Source: Eledone cirrhosa (taxonomy: Eukaryota). Taken from it: a stretch of 64,000 nt of DNA. The notes under the pieces are model-generated. The model did no database searches. It was given only the letters and a program-made list of their open reading frames with translations, and was not told where the DNA came from. Position 1 is the first letter of the stretch. Each line of letters starts with the position of its first letter. Where the stretch lies: contig OZ024753.1 of assembly GCA_964016885.1 (NCBI GenBank), positions 36,456,001 through 36,520,000 of the forward strand, in the 5' to 3' direction. The translations under genes were made by a program, and so were the position numbers. Of this stretch, positions 30,650 through 48,503 are shown one piece after another.

Positions 30650-30744
30650 GTATATATATATATATGTATATACATACGTGTATATATGTGTATATATATG
30701 TTTATATATATGTATGTGTATATGTATGTTTGTATGTGTGTTTG

Positions 30745-30803
<59 letters not shown>

Positions 30804-30846
30804 ATGTATGTATATGTGTGTATATTTTTATATATATGTATATATT

Positions 30847-30891
<45 letters not shown>

Positions 30892-30958
30892 ATATGTATG
30901 TGTATATATATATATATATATATATGGGTGTGTGTATGTGTGTGTATATATGTATATA

Positions 30959-31000
<42 letters not shown>

Positions 31001-31009
31001 GTGCTTTTT

Positions 31010-31075
<66 letters not shown>

Positions 31076-31122
31076 ATGTATGTGTGTGTGTGTGTTTGTA
31101 TGTGTATATATTTGTTTATGTG

Positions 31123-31153
<31 letters not shown>

Positions 31154-31374
31154 GTATATATGTATATATGTATATGGTTATGTATATGAATGTATATATA
31201 TATATGTATATGTATATATATGTGTGTGTGTGTTTGTGTGTATGTGTGTGTATATGTATATATGTGTGTGTATGGTTTTTTTTATATATATATATATATG
31301 TGTGTGTATGTATATATGTATATATATATATATATATTTGTATACGTATGTGTGTGTATATATATGTGTATGTA

Positions 31375-31441
<67 letters not shown>

Positions 31442-31608
31442 ATATGTGTCTGTGTGTGTGTATGTATATATGTCTATATGTATTTGTGTGTATATGTATA
31501 CACATGTATATTTGTGTTTGTATGTATGTGTGTGAGTGTATTTATATGTGTATATATGTGTGTGTGTATGTATATATATATGTGTGTGTATATATGTATA
31601 TACATATG

Positions 31609-31645
<37 letters not shown>

Positions 31646-32107
31646 GTGTGTATGTATATGTATGTATATGAATATATTTTTATATATGTGTGTGTGTTTT
31701 TATGTGTGTATATGTGTTTGTGTGTGTGTTTATGGTTGCGCGTAAGTGTGTGAGTGAGTATGTTTTTTTGTTTTTTTGTGAACCTTAATGATTTTAGCTT
31801 TTAAAGAATCTCCCTTTTCTTTGATTCTATCGACCATGACTGACCCCCCACTGATTTTATAGACATCTGTTAGCTTAAGAGAAACTTATTGACAAGGAAT
31901 GGTATGCCATCCGGAACCTGTTTATAGAATTCTGTCTGCCCTTGTTACTCTAAAAACATATATAAATAAAAATAAACTATAGCTTTGTAGAATTAGCTTT
32001 TAATGAATTCCCTTTTCTATCAACCAATGACCTGCACCCATCCCACTCCCCACCCTCTCCTACCACTTGTAGAGACCTATAAATACCATTTTTATTTTTT
32101 GATACCC

Positions 32108-32158
32108 AGATTCCTGATGATTTCTAATGAATGAAACAGTTCTAGTCCTGTAGAATCT
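32108..32158 (+). ncRNA. Type I hammerhead motif in the PLE 3' terminal repeat (family B)
   Basis: AGATTC-CTGATGA-tTTC TAAT GAAt-GAAA-CAG TTCTAGTC CTG-TA-GAATCT, with a GUA cleavage triplet. Confidence 0.8.
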
Positions 32159-32237
32159 CATCTATATTAAAACTTTTATACTCTGCTATGTATTGAGTAC
32201 CTTACTTACTGTGGTTACCTCCGATTCAACCCGGAAT

Positions 32238-32296
<59 letters not shown>

Positions 32297-32366
32297 AAAA
32301 TATAGGAAAAAGAGGGTTGAAAATGCAATTGGTGTCTAAGAAATTTTATTAACAATAACCTATAAA

Positions 32367-32401
32367 CTTTACCGGTTTCACAGTTTGATGTTTCTCACAA
32401 G
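32367..32401 (-). ncRNA. Degenerate hammerhead-like motif (CCGG-loop type)
   Basis: CTT-gTGAGAA-ACA TCAAAC TGT-GAAA-CCGG-TA-AAG. Core position 3 is mutated. Confidence 0.45.
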
Positions 32402-32627
32402 TAATGAGAGCTGGAGAGATGTGTGTGCATATATATATAGTTGTGTGTACAAGGAAAGAAAAGAGAAATCAACACACCATATGGAAGCTTGGAGTTGATA
32501 TTAACAATTTAACTTAACTTCGCACTGCCAGCAGTGTTAAGACGAAAATATGACTAAATCGTCAAGTACTTGATGATCTACATGTATTTTCATCTTTAAA
32601 CTGTTAGTAGTGCGAAGTGAAGTCAAG

Positions 32628-33059
<432 letters not shown>

Positions 33060-34033
33060 GTGTCTGTATGTGTGTGTGTGTGTATGGTATGCTGTTATTT
33101 GGGGAGATTTAATTGCTATTTTTAGTCGGTTGAGCGTCTATGTATATTCTCGATTTAAATATATTACTATCTTGGGAAATATTTCTAAAGAAGTTTAAGA
33201 AAACGTTTTTTTGTTTTGTTTAATTTTAAAGAATTTAAAGACCTCTTTGAATATTCTATTTAAATATTCAACAAATGTTTACATTTCCTGAGAAAACTAC
33301 AACAAACATGTTTAAATTCAAAATAACAAGGAATAATATTTTATGACATGTTGATCCGATGACTGTTTAGTTGGTCAGTTGTTTCGTTGACAAAACATTA
33401 TAGAAATATTATTTTTTGTTGAAAAGGCATCAGAAATTTAAATAAAAGCAGAAAGATTATGAATTCCTGAAGGACTTTTTCCACATTAATATTTAATACC
33501 ACGAGAACTGAAAAGAGCAACAAACAAAAAATGTCAAACCACCAAACTAGAATTATAAACAGACTTTTGTCATAGAAGCACTGATGTGTTAAAATTTAAA
33601 AACTGTTTTTATATTTTGACTGTGACGCTATTTATATGCAAATTTTTAACCAACATTATTTTAAATAATTAACGAAAATTATAAAAAAGCAAAAAGACAA
33701 GTGTTTAAAAAAAAATAATATTCTGTAAAATCTTGTAAAAATACAATGATGAATGATAAGATAATTATATTCTGGAGAGTGTGGGTGACTAACGAAGAGA
33801 CAATGGTGACAGCAACATTTATATGATTAATTTACGATACAAAGTACACGAAAGACAAAAGATTTGCCATCGAGAGAGAAAAAACTTGCGAATTTTGTTT
33901 GTAAAATTTAGTCGAATATTGTGTATGTGTGTATGTGTATGTATATATATACGTATGTACGTATGTATTTACACACACAAATACAACATCTACACCTACA
34001 CACACGCCTACATACATACTCACGCACACACGC

Positions 34034-34112
<79 letters not shown>

Positions 34113-34121
34113 TATATATAC

Positions 34122-34152
<31 letters not shown>

Positions 34153-34252
34153 CATATATATATATTTATATATATATATATATTTCGTTGACAGATATAT
34201 CAATATGCCCAGACATGCAGATATATTGCCCTTGGTATGACAGTGTGGTCAT

Positions 34253-34369
<117 letters not shown>

Positions 34370-34422
34370 ATATATACACCATGATATTAAATAAATGGAA
34401 ACTATATTTATAAAACCATATT

Positions 34423-34487
34423 TATTTTATTATATATATTTCAAGGGCAACCAAGCCAACCTTGGTGCGCTTTCATCAGATAAAATA
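34423..34487 (-). ncRNA. Type I hammerhead motif (relative of the 17309 family)
   Basis: TATTTTAT-CTGATGA-AAGCGCACCAAG GTTGG CTTGGTTGCCCTT-GAAA-TATATA-TA-ATAAAATA. The adjacent 34383-34422 matches 17121-17160. Confidence 0.85.
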
Positions 34488-34674
34488 TAAAGTTTATATA
34501 TATATATATGTAGATAAATCTACCAAGAGTTTACTTACGGTAGTGTCCAATCCGTATGAAGAACTCAATGTAATCCGGATATCATGGAAAGAAGAGATGC
34601 AATGAAAAATCACTTTCGGTGAAAGATAAACGGAATACAGAGTCAAGATAAAATATTAAAAAAATAATGAATAA

Positions 34675-34761
<87 letters not shown>

Positions 34762-34939
34762 CATTGTGTCTCTGTTAGACACCAAGAACAATGACGAAAA
34801 TAATTTTGTGGATGATGTTGATGACTATGATGATGATAATGAAGATAATGTTGATGATATGTCTTAAAATGATGATGGAAATGATGAGGAAATAGTCGTG
34901 GAAGTGGTAGAGACGACAACGTCGAAGAAGAGGACTGCA

Positions 34940-38160
<3,221 letters not shown>

Positions 38161-38712
38161 AATGACGACGACGATGTTGATACTGATGATGATTAGGAGA
38201 AAGAGGACAAAGAAAGAGAAAGAACGTAGAGAAAACATTTTTTTTTTTTTGACGACAAATACCATTACGATGACAATAATGAAGGCAACGACGAAATTTT
38301 GACGACGACAACGACGATGGTGACAGTGAAGACAATAATAATAATGATGATTATAAAGACGAACGAGGACACATTTCCCGCCGTGTTACTAATGTAAAAC
38401 AACAACAAAGAAGCCATAGGACTGTACAGTAAAGAAGGATTGTTAATGCACATTTAATGAGATGTTATTTTGCTAGGTTCAATGAAGCTGTAAGACAAAG
38501 CCGTCTCTTCCTTTCTATATTTATAAACAAATAAGATTATGTGAAACAACAAACTGTATGGCTTTCTTATACTATTCTATACAATATATTATGTCTGCAG
38601 GAGTTAAGTGGGAAAGCAAATTAAAAAGCATAACATATCATACATATGTTTATTTGTATATTTATGTAGGTGCACATATTTGTAAACACACAGACACACA
38701 CACATATATGTA

Positions 38713-38969
<257 letters not shown>

Positions 38970-38980
38970 TCATATATGTA

Positions 38981-39060
<80 letters not shown>

Positions 39061-39234
39061 TGTGTGTGTCTGCGTGTGTTTACACGTGTATGAATATATA
39101 TATAGTATTATTATTATGAGTTATTTCGGAAGATCCCATTAAGGGTGAAAGCAGAAATTATTTGCTTAAAATTTAATCTGTACTAATAATAAAAATATAG
39201 ATATTTGCTCTATGAGTTTATATATATAAAGTCG

Positions 39235-39502
39235 GTCTTAAGCCAGAAGGCTCATTTGGCCGGTGCTTATCCTGGTTTCATGGCGTGAAGCGACTAAGAG
39301 TACAAGACTACTCCCTGGACAGGACGCCAGTCCTTCGCAGGGTTAAACCTCCAGCTATTGCTGTACTCATTTTCAGCTGAGTAAACTGGAGCAACGTGAA
39401 ATAAAGTGTCTTGAGCAAGGAAACAACACATCACCCGCTCCGAGAATTGAACTCACAACCTTTCGATTGCAAGCCTATTGCTCTAACCACTATGCGCCTT
39501 CA
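39235..39502 (-). mobile_element. tRNA-derived SINE sharing the family 2 head and core but with a different 3' part
   Basis: GGAGCAACGTGAAATAAAGTGTCTTG..CAAGG..GAATTGAACTCAC..CTAACCACTATGCGCC on the plus strand. Confidence 0.75.
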
Positions 39503-39504
39503 CT

Positions 39505-39560
<56 letters not shown>

Positions 39561-39579
39561 ATGTATGTATGTATGTATG

Positions 39580-39728
<149 letters not shown>

Positions 39729-39761
39729 CATAGACCAAAATCCGAAGAGGGCTCAATAAGG

Positions 39762-39812
<51 letters not shown>

Positions 39813-39867
39813 ATGTATGTATGTATGTATGTATGTATATTGAGCCCTCTTCCGATTTTGGTCTATG

Positions 39868-39914
<47 letters not shown>

Positions 39915-39947
39915 CATACATACATACATACATACACACACACACAG

Positions 39948-40055
<108 letters not shown>

Positions 40056-40159
40056 ATAATGGTTTTCTATTGTCATATGGTGTATATCAGTATTAAGGTA
40101 GGATTAAAGCATGTTTCATCTTTCAACACTTAACAATCGTATGAGGGCATCTCCTATTG

Positions 40160-40215
<56 letters not shown>

Positions 40216-40816
40216 TTATTTTCACCACACACACTCACACACACATACTCATATATATATATATATATATATATATTTGGCTGAGTATGTGAGTGTGTAT
40301 GTTTATATATGTATATCTGTTTTCCTTAAATGATGTTTACTACAAATACAAAGCCGCTCCAGGGGGGTCAGTCTGATAATTACATACTTATTTTCTTTCT
40401 AGGCTTCTCTTCTATGATATCTATTCGTATTTTTCAATTCAACAGTCCTCCTCTTCAGTCTCACTCCCCCCATTTAGCACCCCCCCACACACACACACTC
40501 CTCATCTCTATTTCTAATATATATATCTTCTACATCTTGTTCTCTCATTATCTTCTCTTTGTCTATCTATTTATTTATCTCTTTGTTTGTATATCTCTTC
40601 ATATTCAGCCATTTTTTTCCTCTTTTTTTTTGTATGTGTGTGTGTGTATGTTATGACCATTGCTAAGATTTTGATTACTTCCCTTTCCGTGGTGTAGCTC
40701 TCTACGTTTCTTTCCTTCACCATTGGAGAAGCAAATATATTTTGTCGATATAAACAATTCTTCAGACCAGCTCATAATTGATAGGTAATTCTAAAACTAT
40801 CTCTATCTATCTATCT

Positions 40817-40911
<95 letters not shown>

Positions 40912-40966
40912 CATACATGCATATATATATTATATATATATATTATATACGTATATGTATATATTT

Positions 40967-40999
<33 letters not shown>

Positions 41000-41380
41000 G
41001 GGGGGGGGGGGGTGAAAAGTAAACGGATAAACAACATGGGAAGACGATACAGTACCATGAATATAGATATTAATTTAATGCTTGCAACTTTAGGAAAAGT
41101 CTCTTAACATTTCGGAAGTTAGACATTTATCGGAAGATAGAATGAGAACAAAGAGAATAAATAAGAAATGGACGGGAAGAATGGGAAGAGGAAAAAAAGG
41201 AGACAGGGCGCATGTGTGTTTAGTTAGTCATACATAAATATATAAAAATGCATTGTACATAGGTATGTGTATATGGGTCCTTCCGGGATCGATAAAGAAA
41301 CTACCAGTGAATTACTGGGGTTGATTTAATTAACTTTGCTCTTCTTTCAAATTTGCTGGGCTTGTGCCTAAATGAAACAA

Positions 41381-41468
<88 letters not shown>

Positions 41469-41601
41469 GTGTGTGTGCGTGAGTCTGTGTGTGTGTGTGC
41501 ATAACTACGTAGATAAGAAAAAATAGAAGATAGTGAGGAAAGAGAGAGATGAAGTAACAGAGAAAGCGAGAGAGAGAGAGAGAAAGAAGTAAGAGAGAAA
41601 T

Positions 41602-41684
<83 letters not shown>

Positions 41685-42168
41685 CTGGCAGGACGAAGGT
41701 AAGTTAAGCGATAGCTAAAACGAAAATATAGATATTTTTTTTGTTATTAAAATATCTTCCAGGTATTTCAGAAACTGAATGAAAATTAAAATACATTTTT
41801 AAACAGCCAACAGGAATGACGAATATAGCAACAGCAACAACAACAGTAACAACAACAGTAACAACAACAGCAACAACAACAGCAACAACAACAGCAACAA
41901 CAACAGTAACAAGAACAATTTGAACAAATACAACAACAAAATCATCAATAACCTTTACAAATACAACAGCAACAACAATATGAATAAGAAGCATAATGAA
42001 TATTCCAATAATCAGGGCCGGACATTCACATGGTGAGCCCTAGGCTATATGAAATTTGAGGCCCTTCTCTAAAGAAATTCGGGTGAAAATTCTTTTGATA
42101 ATTATATATATTATTATTTTTTATATTATTTTTTATATTATTATTGATGAATAATAATAATAATAATA

Positions 42169-42224
<56 letters not shown>

Positions 42225-42435
42225 CGTTCCTGAATTTGTTTAGCAAGATTCTTTATCTGAAATCGTGTGTTGAAACCGATATTGTTATACTTTGGGAGGG
42301 TCATGTTGCCAATAAGAAACACACGCACCAGTTGCTTTCACTTCAATTTATTATAATAAATTTATAATAAATTTATAAATTTATAAATTTCTGGTTGGTT
42401 GGTTGGTTCCACAACCAGATAGTTGTTTATATATT

Positions 42436-42478
42436 GTCATAGTTCTTTCGTCACACATTCTGTGACCTCTTCAGTGAC
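42436..42478 (-). ncRNA. Type I hammerhead-like motif inside a ~400-bp element with ~27-bp terminal inverted repeats (42219-42620)
   Basis: GTCA-CTGAAGA-gGTCACA GAATG TGTGAC-GAAA-GAAC-TA-TGAC. Confidence 0.65.
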
Positions 42479-42615
42479 TGGGGATTCCTTTCTTTGTTTC
42501 TGTGCCTCTCCTTTGTTCTGTCCTACGCCATTTTGTTTCTGTGTGTGTGTTATGTGCTCAGTCTGCGCATGCGCCACATCCGGGTGTCTGTGTGCTAAAC
42601 AAATTCAGAAACGAA

Positions 42616-42657
<42 letters not shown>

Positions 42658-42659
<2 letters not shown>

Positions 42660-42788
42660 CTTTCCTGATGATTTCCTCTGAATGAAACAGTTCTAGTCCG
42701 ATAGAAGCCATTTCTATATTAAATATTTATACTTTGTTATGTATTGAGTACCTTACTTACTGTGGTTACCCCCGATTGAACCCGAGAT
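42658..42788 (+). mobile_element. Solo family B terminal repeat: hammerhead at 42658-42709 plus tail
   Basis: GGCTTTC-CTGATGA-..-GAAA-CAGTTCTAGTCCGA-TA-GAAGCC. Tail TATTGAGTACCTTACTTACTGTGGTTACC as at 32191. Confidence 0.8.
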
Positions 42789-42826
<38 letters not shown>

Positions 42827-42840
42827 GTGTGTGTGTGTAT

Positions 42841-42911
<71 letters not shown>

Positions 42912-43013
42912 TCCGGGGAGACCACTTATCATGAGAGTACTCAATGCATGGGAAGGTATAGAGGTAGGTAAAATCCCGACCGAGATCGCTTGGTGCCGTG
43001 GTCTGATTGTTAC

Positions 43014-43055
<42 letters not shown>

Positions 43056-43066
43056 TTATTTTTTTT

Positions 43067-43180
43067 TATAGAAGGAGCTTCTACATGACTAGTACTGTTT
43101 CATTCAGATGAAATCTTCAGGAAGCACATGTATTGAGTACCTTACTTACTGTGGTTATCCCCGACTCAACCCGGGACCTA
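43067..43180 (+). mobile_element. Family B insert: inverted hammerhead (43077-43125, minus) joined directly to the plus-strand tail
   Basis: Minus strand GCTTC-CTGAAGA-tTTCA TC TGAAt-GAAA-CAGTACTAGTCATG-TA-GAAGC, then TATTGAGTACCTTACTTACTGTGG on plus. Confidence 0.8.
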
Positions 43181-43182
43181 CG

Positions 43183-43251
<69 letters not shown>

Positions 43252-43253
<2 letters not shown>

Positions 43254-43349
43254 CAAAGGAAATGTGGTAAGGAACCAGGTAGACCATAACGCACCAAAGT
43301 ACTCAATACTTAGGGTAGTAGAGTGGGTAGTCGTAGAGTGGTAGTCGTT

Positions 43350-43352
<3 letters not shown>
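43252..43352 (-). mobile_element. Family A tail with a short inverted 5' arm
   Basis: Matches 1217-1300. The minus strand begins TAGGAACGA. Confidence 0.75.
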
Positions 43353-43388
<36 letters not shown>

Positions 43389-43431
43389 GACCAAAAGTTA
43401 AACAAGGTTCATTGATTAATCAATGAATATA

Positions 43432-43495
<64 letters not shown>

Positions 43496-43623
43496 GTATA
43501 TATATTATTAAAGGGCTTGAACATCTGAAACTACTTCGCTTTTCCTTATTCGATATTTACTCCGTCACTCCTATGTGGAAAAAGTACGTTGAGTGCTTGA
43601 ATTGAATTGCATCAATATTTACC

Positions 43624-43683
<60 letters not shown>

Positions 43684-44586
43684 ACATATATGTATATAAC
43701 TTTTGATGATTTAGTGTCAAAGAATAAACACTAATGATAGAATAAAAATCTATTTTAAAAAATGAGGCCCCCGAGGTTCGGTGGCCTTAAGCTATAGCTT
43801 ATTTAGTTTATAAGTAAGTCCACCATTGCCAACGACCGTAAGTCTAATATATCCTGGAAAGAAGTTCTGTGGCTTTGATAGTAAGCTGTTGTGTCCCCTA
43901 GTACGCCAATATATTTCACGTTGCTCCTATTTATTCAGTACTTGTAGAACATTTGGTACTTAAGTAGTACATGTAATTCAAAGGGTCAGTCTAGTCAAAC
44001 ACTGGGTCGCGCTGAATTGTTCTTTCTAGCTGAGTAAACTGAAGAAACATGAAGTCAAATGACTTGCTCAAGGACGCAACGGATGTCCGGGAAGTGAACT
44101 CACCACCTTGCAATTATGGCCTGAACAGCCTAAATATTAAGCCACGCATCTTCAGGAGTGAATATATGTATGTATGTGTATGGGTGTATATATGTATGTA
44201 TGTGTGTATATAGGTGTATATACGTATATATATGTGTGTATGGGTGTATATATGTATTTATGTATGTGTATGGGTATGTATATATATATGTATGTGTATG
44301 TGTGTGTGTCTGTGTATGGCTGTATATATATGTATGTATGTGTGTGTATGGGTATATATATATGTATGTGTGTGTATGGGTATATGCATGTATGTATGTG
44401 CATGTATGGGTGTATATATGTATGTATATGTCTGTATGGGTGTATACATATATTTATATGTATGTGTGCATATATAGAGTTTACATTTCAAGAACATTCA
44501 TTTTTTTCATTTTCTTCCTCCTCCACACTACACAAAATATCCTTTTTAAAATTATATACACATACCTGTATATTATATACATATAC

Positions 44587-44775
44587 ACTGTGGGAGCCCC
44601 TACATGGACACACTGGAAGAGGAAGACCAAGGTTAACGTATGTTGATGCCCTAAGGAGAGACACTGGTCTGTTGGAGACGCAGGACATGGCAGCGATAAT
44701 GAGGGACAGAGACCGCTGGAGAGAACTCGTCCATGGATCTCGGGAATTTTACCCACCCTAGATAGATAGATAGAC
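44587..44775 (+). pseudogene. RTE-clade LINE 3' end
   Basis: LWEPLHGHTGRGRPRLTYVDALRRDTG..MRDRDRWRELV, stop, then a (TAGA)n tail. Confidence 0.8.
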
Positions 44776-45261
44776 ACATACCTGCATACATATGTATACA
44801 TGCAGTACACACATCTATACACTTAATATACATACCTACATCTATGCATTCATACGTACTCATATACATACATGCTTACATATATACATATATATACGTT
44901 CTTACACGTAAACTTAGAAACACAAAATTTGTTTTCAGTCTTTTCTCCACCTCACCCCCCTTTCTTTTGTATACTTGCATATATACGCACATACATACGT
45001 ACATATATACATAGATACATACGTACATATATACATGCATACATACGTACATTCACACGTACATATGTGTGTGAGTATCTGTATGCGCAAGTATGTATAT
45101 ATATGTATGTAAGTATGTGTGTAAGTATATTTGTATATATGTATGTTTGTATGTATGTATGTATGTATGAATGTATGTATGTATGTATATATGTATGTAT
45201 GTTTGTATATATGTATGTATGTTTGTATGTATGTATGTATATATGTATGTATGTATGTGTC

Positions 45262-45872
45262 AGGTCACCAGTTGGTGCTACTGGTAACATGTATCCCAGT
45301 ACAACCTGTCTCATGGTCGGGTCGTTGGCGACTAAACTGGCAACCCCACCAAGGTTTCTTGGTGAGGAGGGTGACTTTGGACATCCTGCAGGACTAAAAA
45401 CAAAACCTGTCAAAGGGCAAAGGAGCTCTTAAGAGTCAATGGCCATCCAAAATCACCGGGAGAGATGACCCCTTAGCCTTTGTCAAGGCAGAATTCTAGG
45501 AGAAGGAAAACTCTGATATAACACCTGCAACCCTGATGGTATCCAATGATGTTGACTTGTTCTTCTTTTTGGTAAATATCATCTTGGTTAAGAGAGTGGG
45601 ACTGGCTTTGTGCAGTGCCTTTGCTCACTATAAAAGCTTCACGGCACAGGCATTGCTTTGTATCTGGAGATCTCTCTGCACTTGTCCTCACATGGTACCA
45701 TGGGCCCAGCACTATGTGTCAATAATTGTCACAAGTGTAGTGTTTGTACCAGAGTTTTCAAGTCGCTGGCTGGACTAAAAAGTCACACTCGTTCAGCGCT
45801 TCGGTAGGGGTTCTCCTACATGGATATAAAGTAGTGGCCGTACTCGAAAACGAGTTGGCAGCCACCATATAT
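45262..45872 (+). mobile_element. Non-autonomous RTE-derived element (5'UTR-like part plus RTE-type 3' end)
   Basis: CTAGGAGAAGGAAAACTCTGA motif recalled from RTE 5' UTRs. 3' end CTCGAAAACGAG-TTGGCAGCCACCAT+(ATGT). Lies after a (TATG)n tract. Confidence 0.55.
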
Positions 45873-45965
45873 GTATGTAAAAAGTAACCATTTTAATAAC
45901 ATTCACTTTTACAATTATTTCACATCTCTACCTATCTCTTGCTTTCCAGTGTATATATATATATA

Positions 45966-46245
<280 letters not shown>

Positions 46246-46327
46246 CTACACACACACATATATACATGTATCTATCTATCTCTATATGTCTACCTATCAT
46301 TCTATCTCCGCTTTCTCCCTCTCCCCC

Positions 46328-46413
<86 letters not shown>

Positions 46414-47514
46414 TTGTTTGGATGATGTGATTACGAAAGGAAAAAGCAGGAATTGAATAGAGAGAGAGAAAGAAAAGGGGGAGTAGAAGAGAATAGGACA
46501 TGTAGTGATGTGTATATGTATGTATAACACTGTATGTGTGTGTATGTATGAGAAGAAGAAGAAGAAGAAGAAGAAGAAGAAGAAGAAGAAGAAGAAGAAG
46601 AAGAAGAAGAAGAAGAAGAAGAAGAAGAACATGGACATTTCAAATCCGTGCCTTACCACCACCACCACCACCACCACCACCACCACCACCATCACCATCA
46701 CCACCACCACCACCACCACCAGCAGCAGCAGCAGCACCACCACCACCACCAGCACCAGCACCAGCACCACCAGCACCACCAGCACCACTAACACCACCAC
46801 CACCAGCACCACCACCATCACCACTACCTAACCCCGAACTACTAAAACACCAAAATAACAGAGTATGGAGAACGAACGGACGGAAAGATGGACGGACCAA
46901 CATCATGATTTGATATACATAGGAGAGACACGAGAGAAAGAGAATAGATTAGAGAGAGAGGTGGGTGGGGGGATTGAGGGGGGTGAGGTATAGATTAGAT
47001 GTGTGAATAGCAGGACGTGTGGGATGGATTGGACATAGGGCTAAGAAGAGACGGTGGGATAGAGTAGTATGTGTATAATCTTAATGAAAACGTTGGTTCT
47101 AATGAGCAAATATCTCCAGAGAAACTAATTTCTTTCTTGATGAAAATTGAAATAGAGAGTTTCCTCTTGGTAAACACCAATAAGAGGTCGGAAGTGTTTT
47201 TTTAATGAGAATTTTTTTTTAAAATCCAACTGAAAACGAACCTATCACTATATCATAGATTTTGATTCCTCCCTCATATATTTTGTCTATGTTTTACTTC
47301 TTTTTGTTGTTTGATATTATTATGCCGATATTGTTATAGGGTAGGTGGGTAGGTTTCTGTTGAAATATTTTTAATCCTTTCATCTCAATATTCCTTATGA
47401 AAGATTCTGTCTACAGTTTTTTGAATCATTTGTTAAGTTATGTTTGGGAGATTACTTCACAAATGTTCTCTTACATAAAATTGAGGGTTTATATATATAG
47501 TAATAATAATAAAT

Positions 47515-47662
47515 TTGAAGACTAAAATCCAAAGAGGGCTCGATAAGGATAAATATATATCAAATATATAAGAACCGTAGAGCAAATATTTATTAAAATA
47601 ACAGATTAAAGTTTAAGCAAAGATTCTTTGCTTAAACTTTAATCTGTTATTTTAATAAATAT
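47515..47662 (-). mobile_element. Fold-back insert: 77-bp palindrome at 47586-47662 with a tail on the left
   Basis: ATATTTATTAAAATAACAGATTAAAGTTTAAGCAAAGA-T-reverse complement. The tail matches 39734-39760, and the arm resembles 39160-39215. Confidence 0.75.
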
Positions 47663-47724
47663 ATATATATATATATAAATAAATCAGTTAAAATAAACAA
47701 CTTAATATATTTGAAACAGGAGCG

Positions 47725-48182
47725 TTTGAGAGTAGTATAGAATCAAACAGTAGAATACAAGCGGCCGAAATAGGGTTCCTCCGAAGGGTCTTTAGAGTAA
47801 CTTTACTCGATAGAGTGCGTAGCTCGGAGATCAGAGAGTCACTCCGGGTAGAGCCGCTACTTCTCCGAAATGAGAGATCACAGCTCTGATACTATGGGCA
47901 TGTGGTTAGAATGTCTCAAGAAAGAATCGAGCAAGATGGTTGTATAACATCCATGAGCTTGGTTGGTCTCACTTGGGAATCCAGCCAGATCAGTTGGACA
48001 CGGTTGCTTTTGACAGGATTCGCTTAGTGGAGTAGTTGAGTACTCATCCCCCACGACCCTCCAAAGAAGAAGAAGAAGAAGAAGAAGAAGAAGAAGAAGA
48101 AGAAGAAGAAGAAGAAGAAGAAGAAGAAGAAGAAGAAGAAGAAGAAGAAGAAGAAGAAGAAGAAGAAGAAGAAGAAGAAGAA
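47725..48182 (+). pseudogene. Decayed RTE-clade LINE 3' fragment with a (GAA)n tail
   Basis: SRIQAAEIGFLRRVFRVTLLDRVRSSEIRESLRVEPLLLR..YYGHVVRMSQER. Confidence 0.8.
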
Positions 48183-48245
48183 ATATACAATGGTTTCTCT
48201 CCGGCGTGTTGGCAGATACCTTAAATAGCTAGCTAGCTAGCTAGC

Positions 48246-48315
<70 letters not shown>

Positions 48316-48325
48316 CATAGATAGA

Positions 48326-48470
48326 TTTCTTTATTTACCATAAAGGCATAAAAAGAAGGGACAAATACAAAGGGGGAGTTTACATATAATCGAGTAAAAA
48401 GGGTGTAACATGAAAATAATCGAAAATAACCTCAAAAGGGAGGGGACGTGATGGGGGTTGCACACACCCA
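48326..48470 (-). mobile_element. Short 3' end of a related L1/Tx1 LINE in (GATA)n
   Basis: GGGACAAATACAAAGGGGGAGTTTACA and GGGGGTTGCACACACCC are shared with the 48504-50191 3' UTR. Confidence 0.75.
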
Positions 48471-48503
48471 ATAGATAGATACATAGATAGACAGATAGAT
48501 ATA

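Larger units (their letters stand above)
42013..43828. mobile_element. Old hAT-like MITE split by nested microsatellites and PLE-type fragments
   Basis: Ends CAGGGCCGGAC / GTCCACCATTG, degenerate 8-bp TSD CCAATAAT / CCAACGAC (partly explained by CpG decay), subterminal GAGGCCC motifs. Confidence 0.5.

Noticed and set aside
41095-41140. Minus-strand CCGATAAA..GAAA-TGT-TA resembling an old hammerhead
   Set aside because: Several core and stem mismatches.
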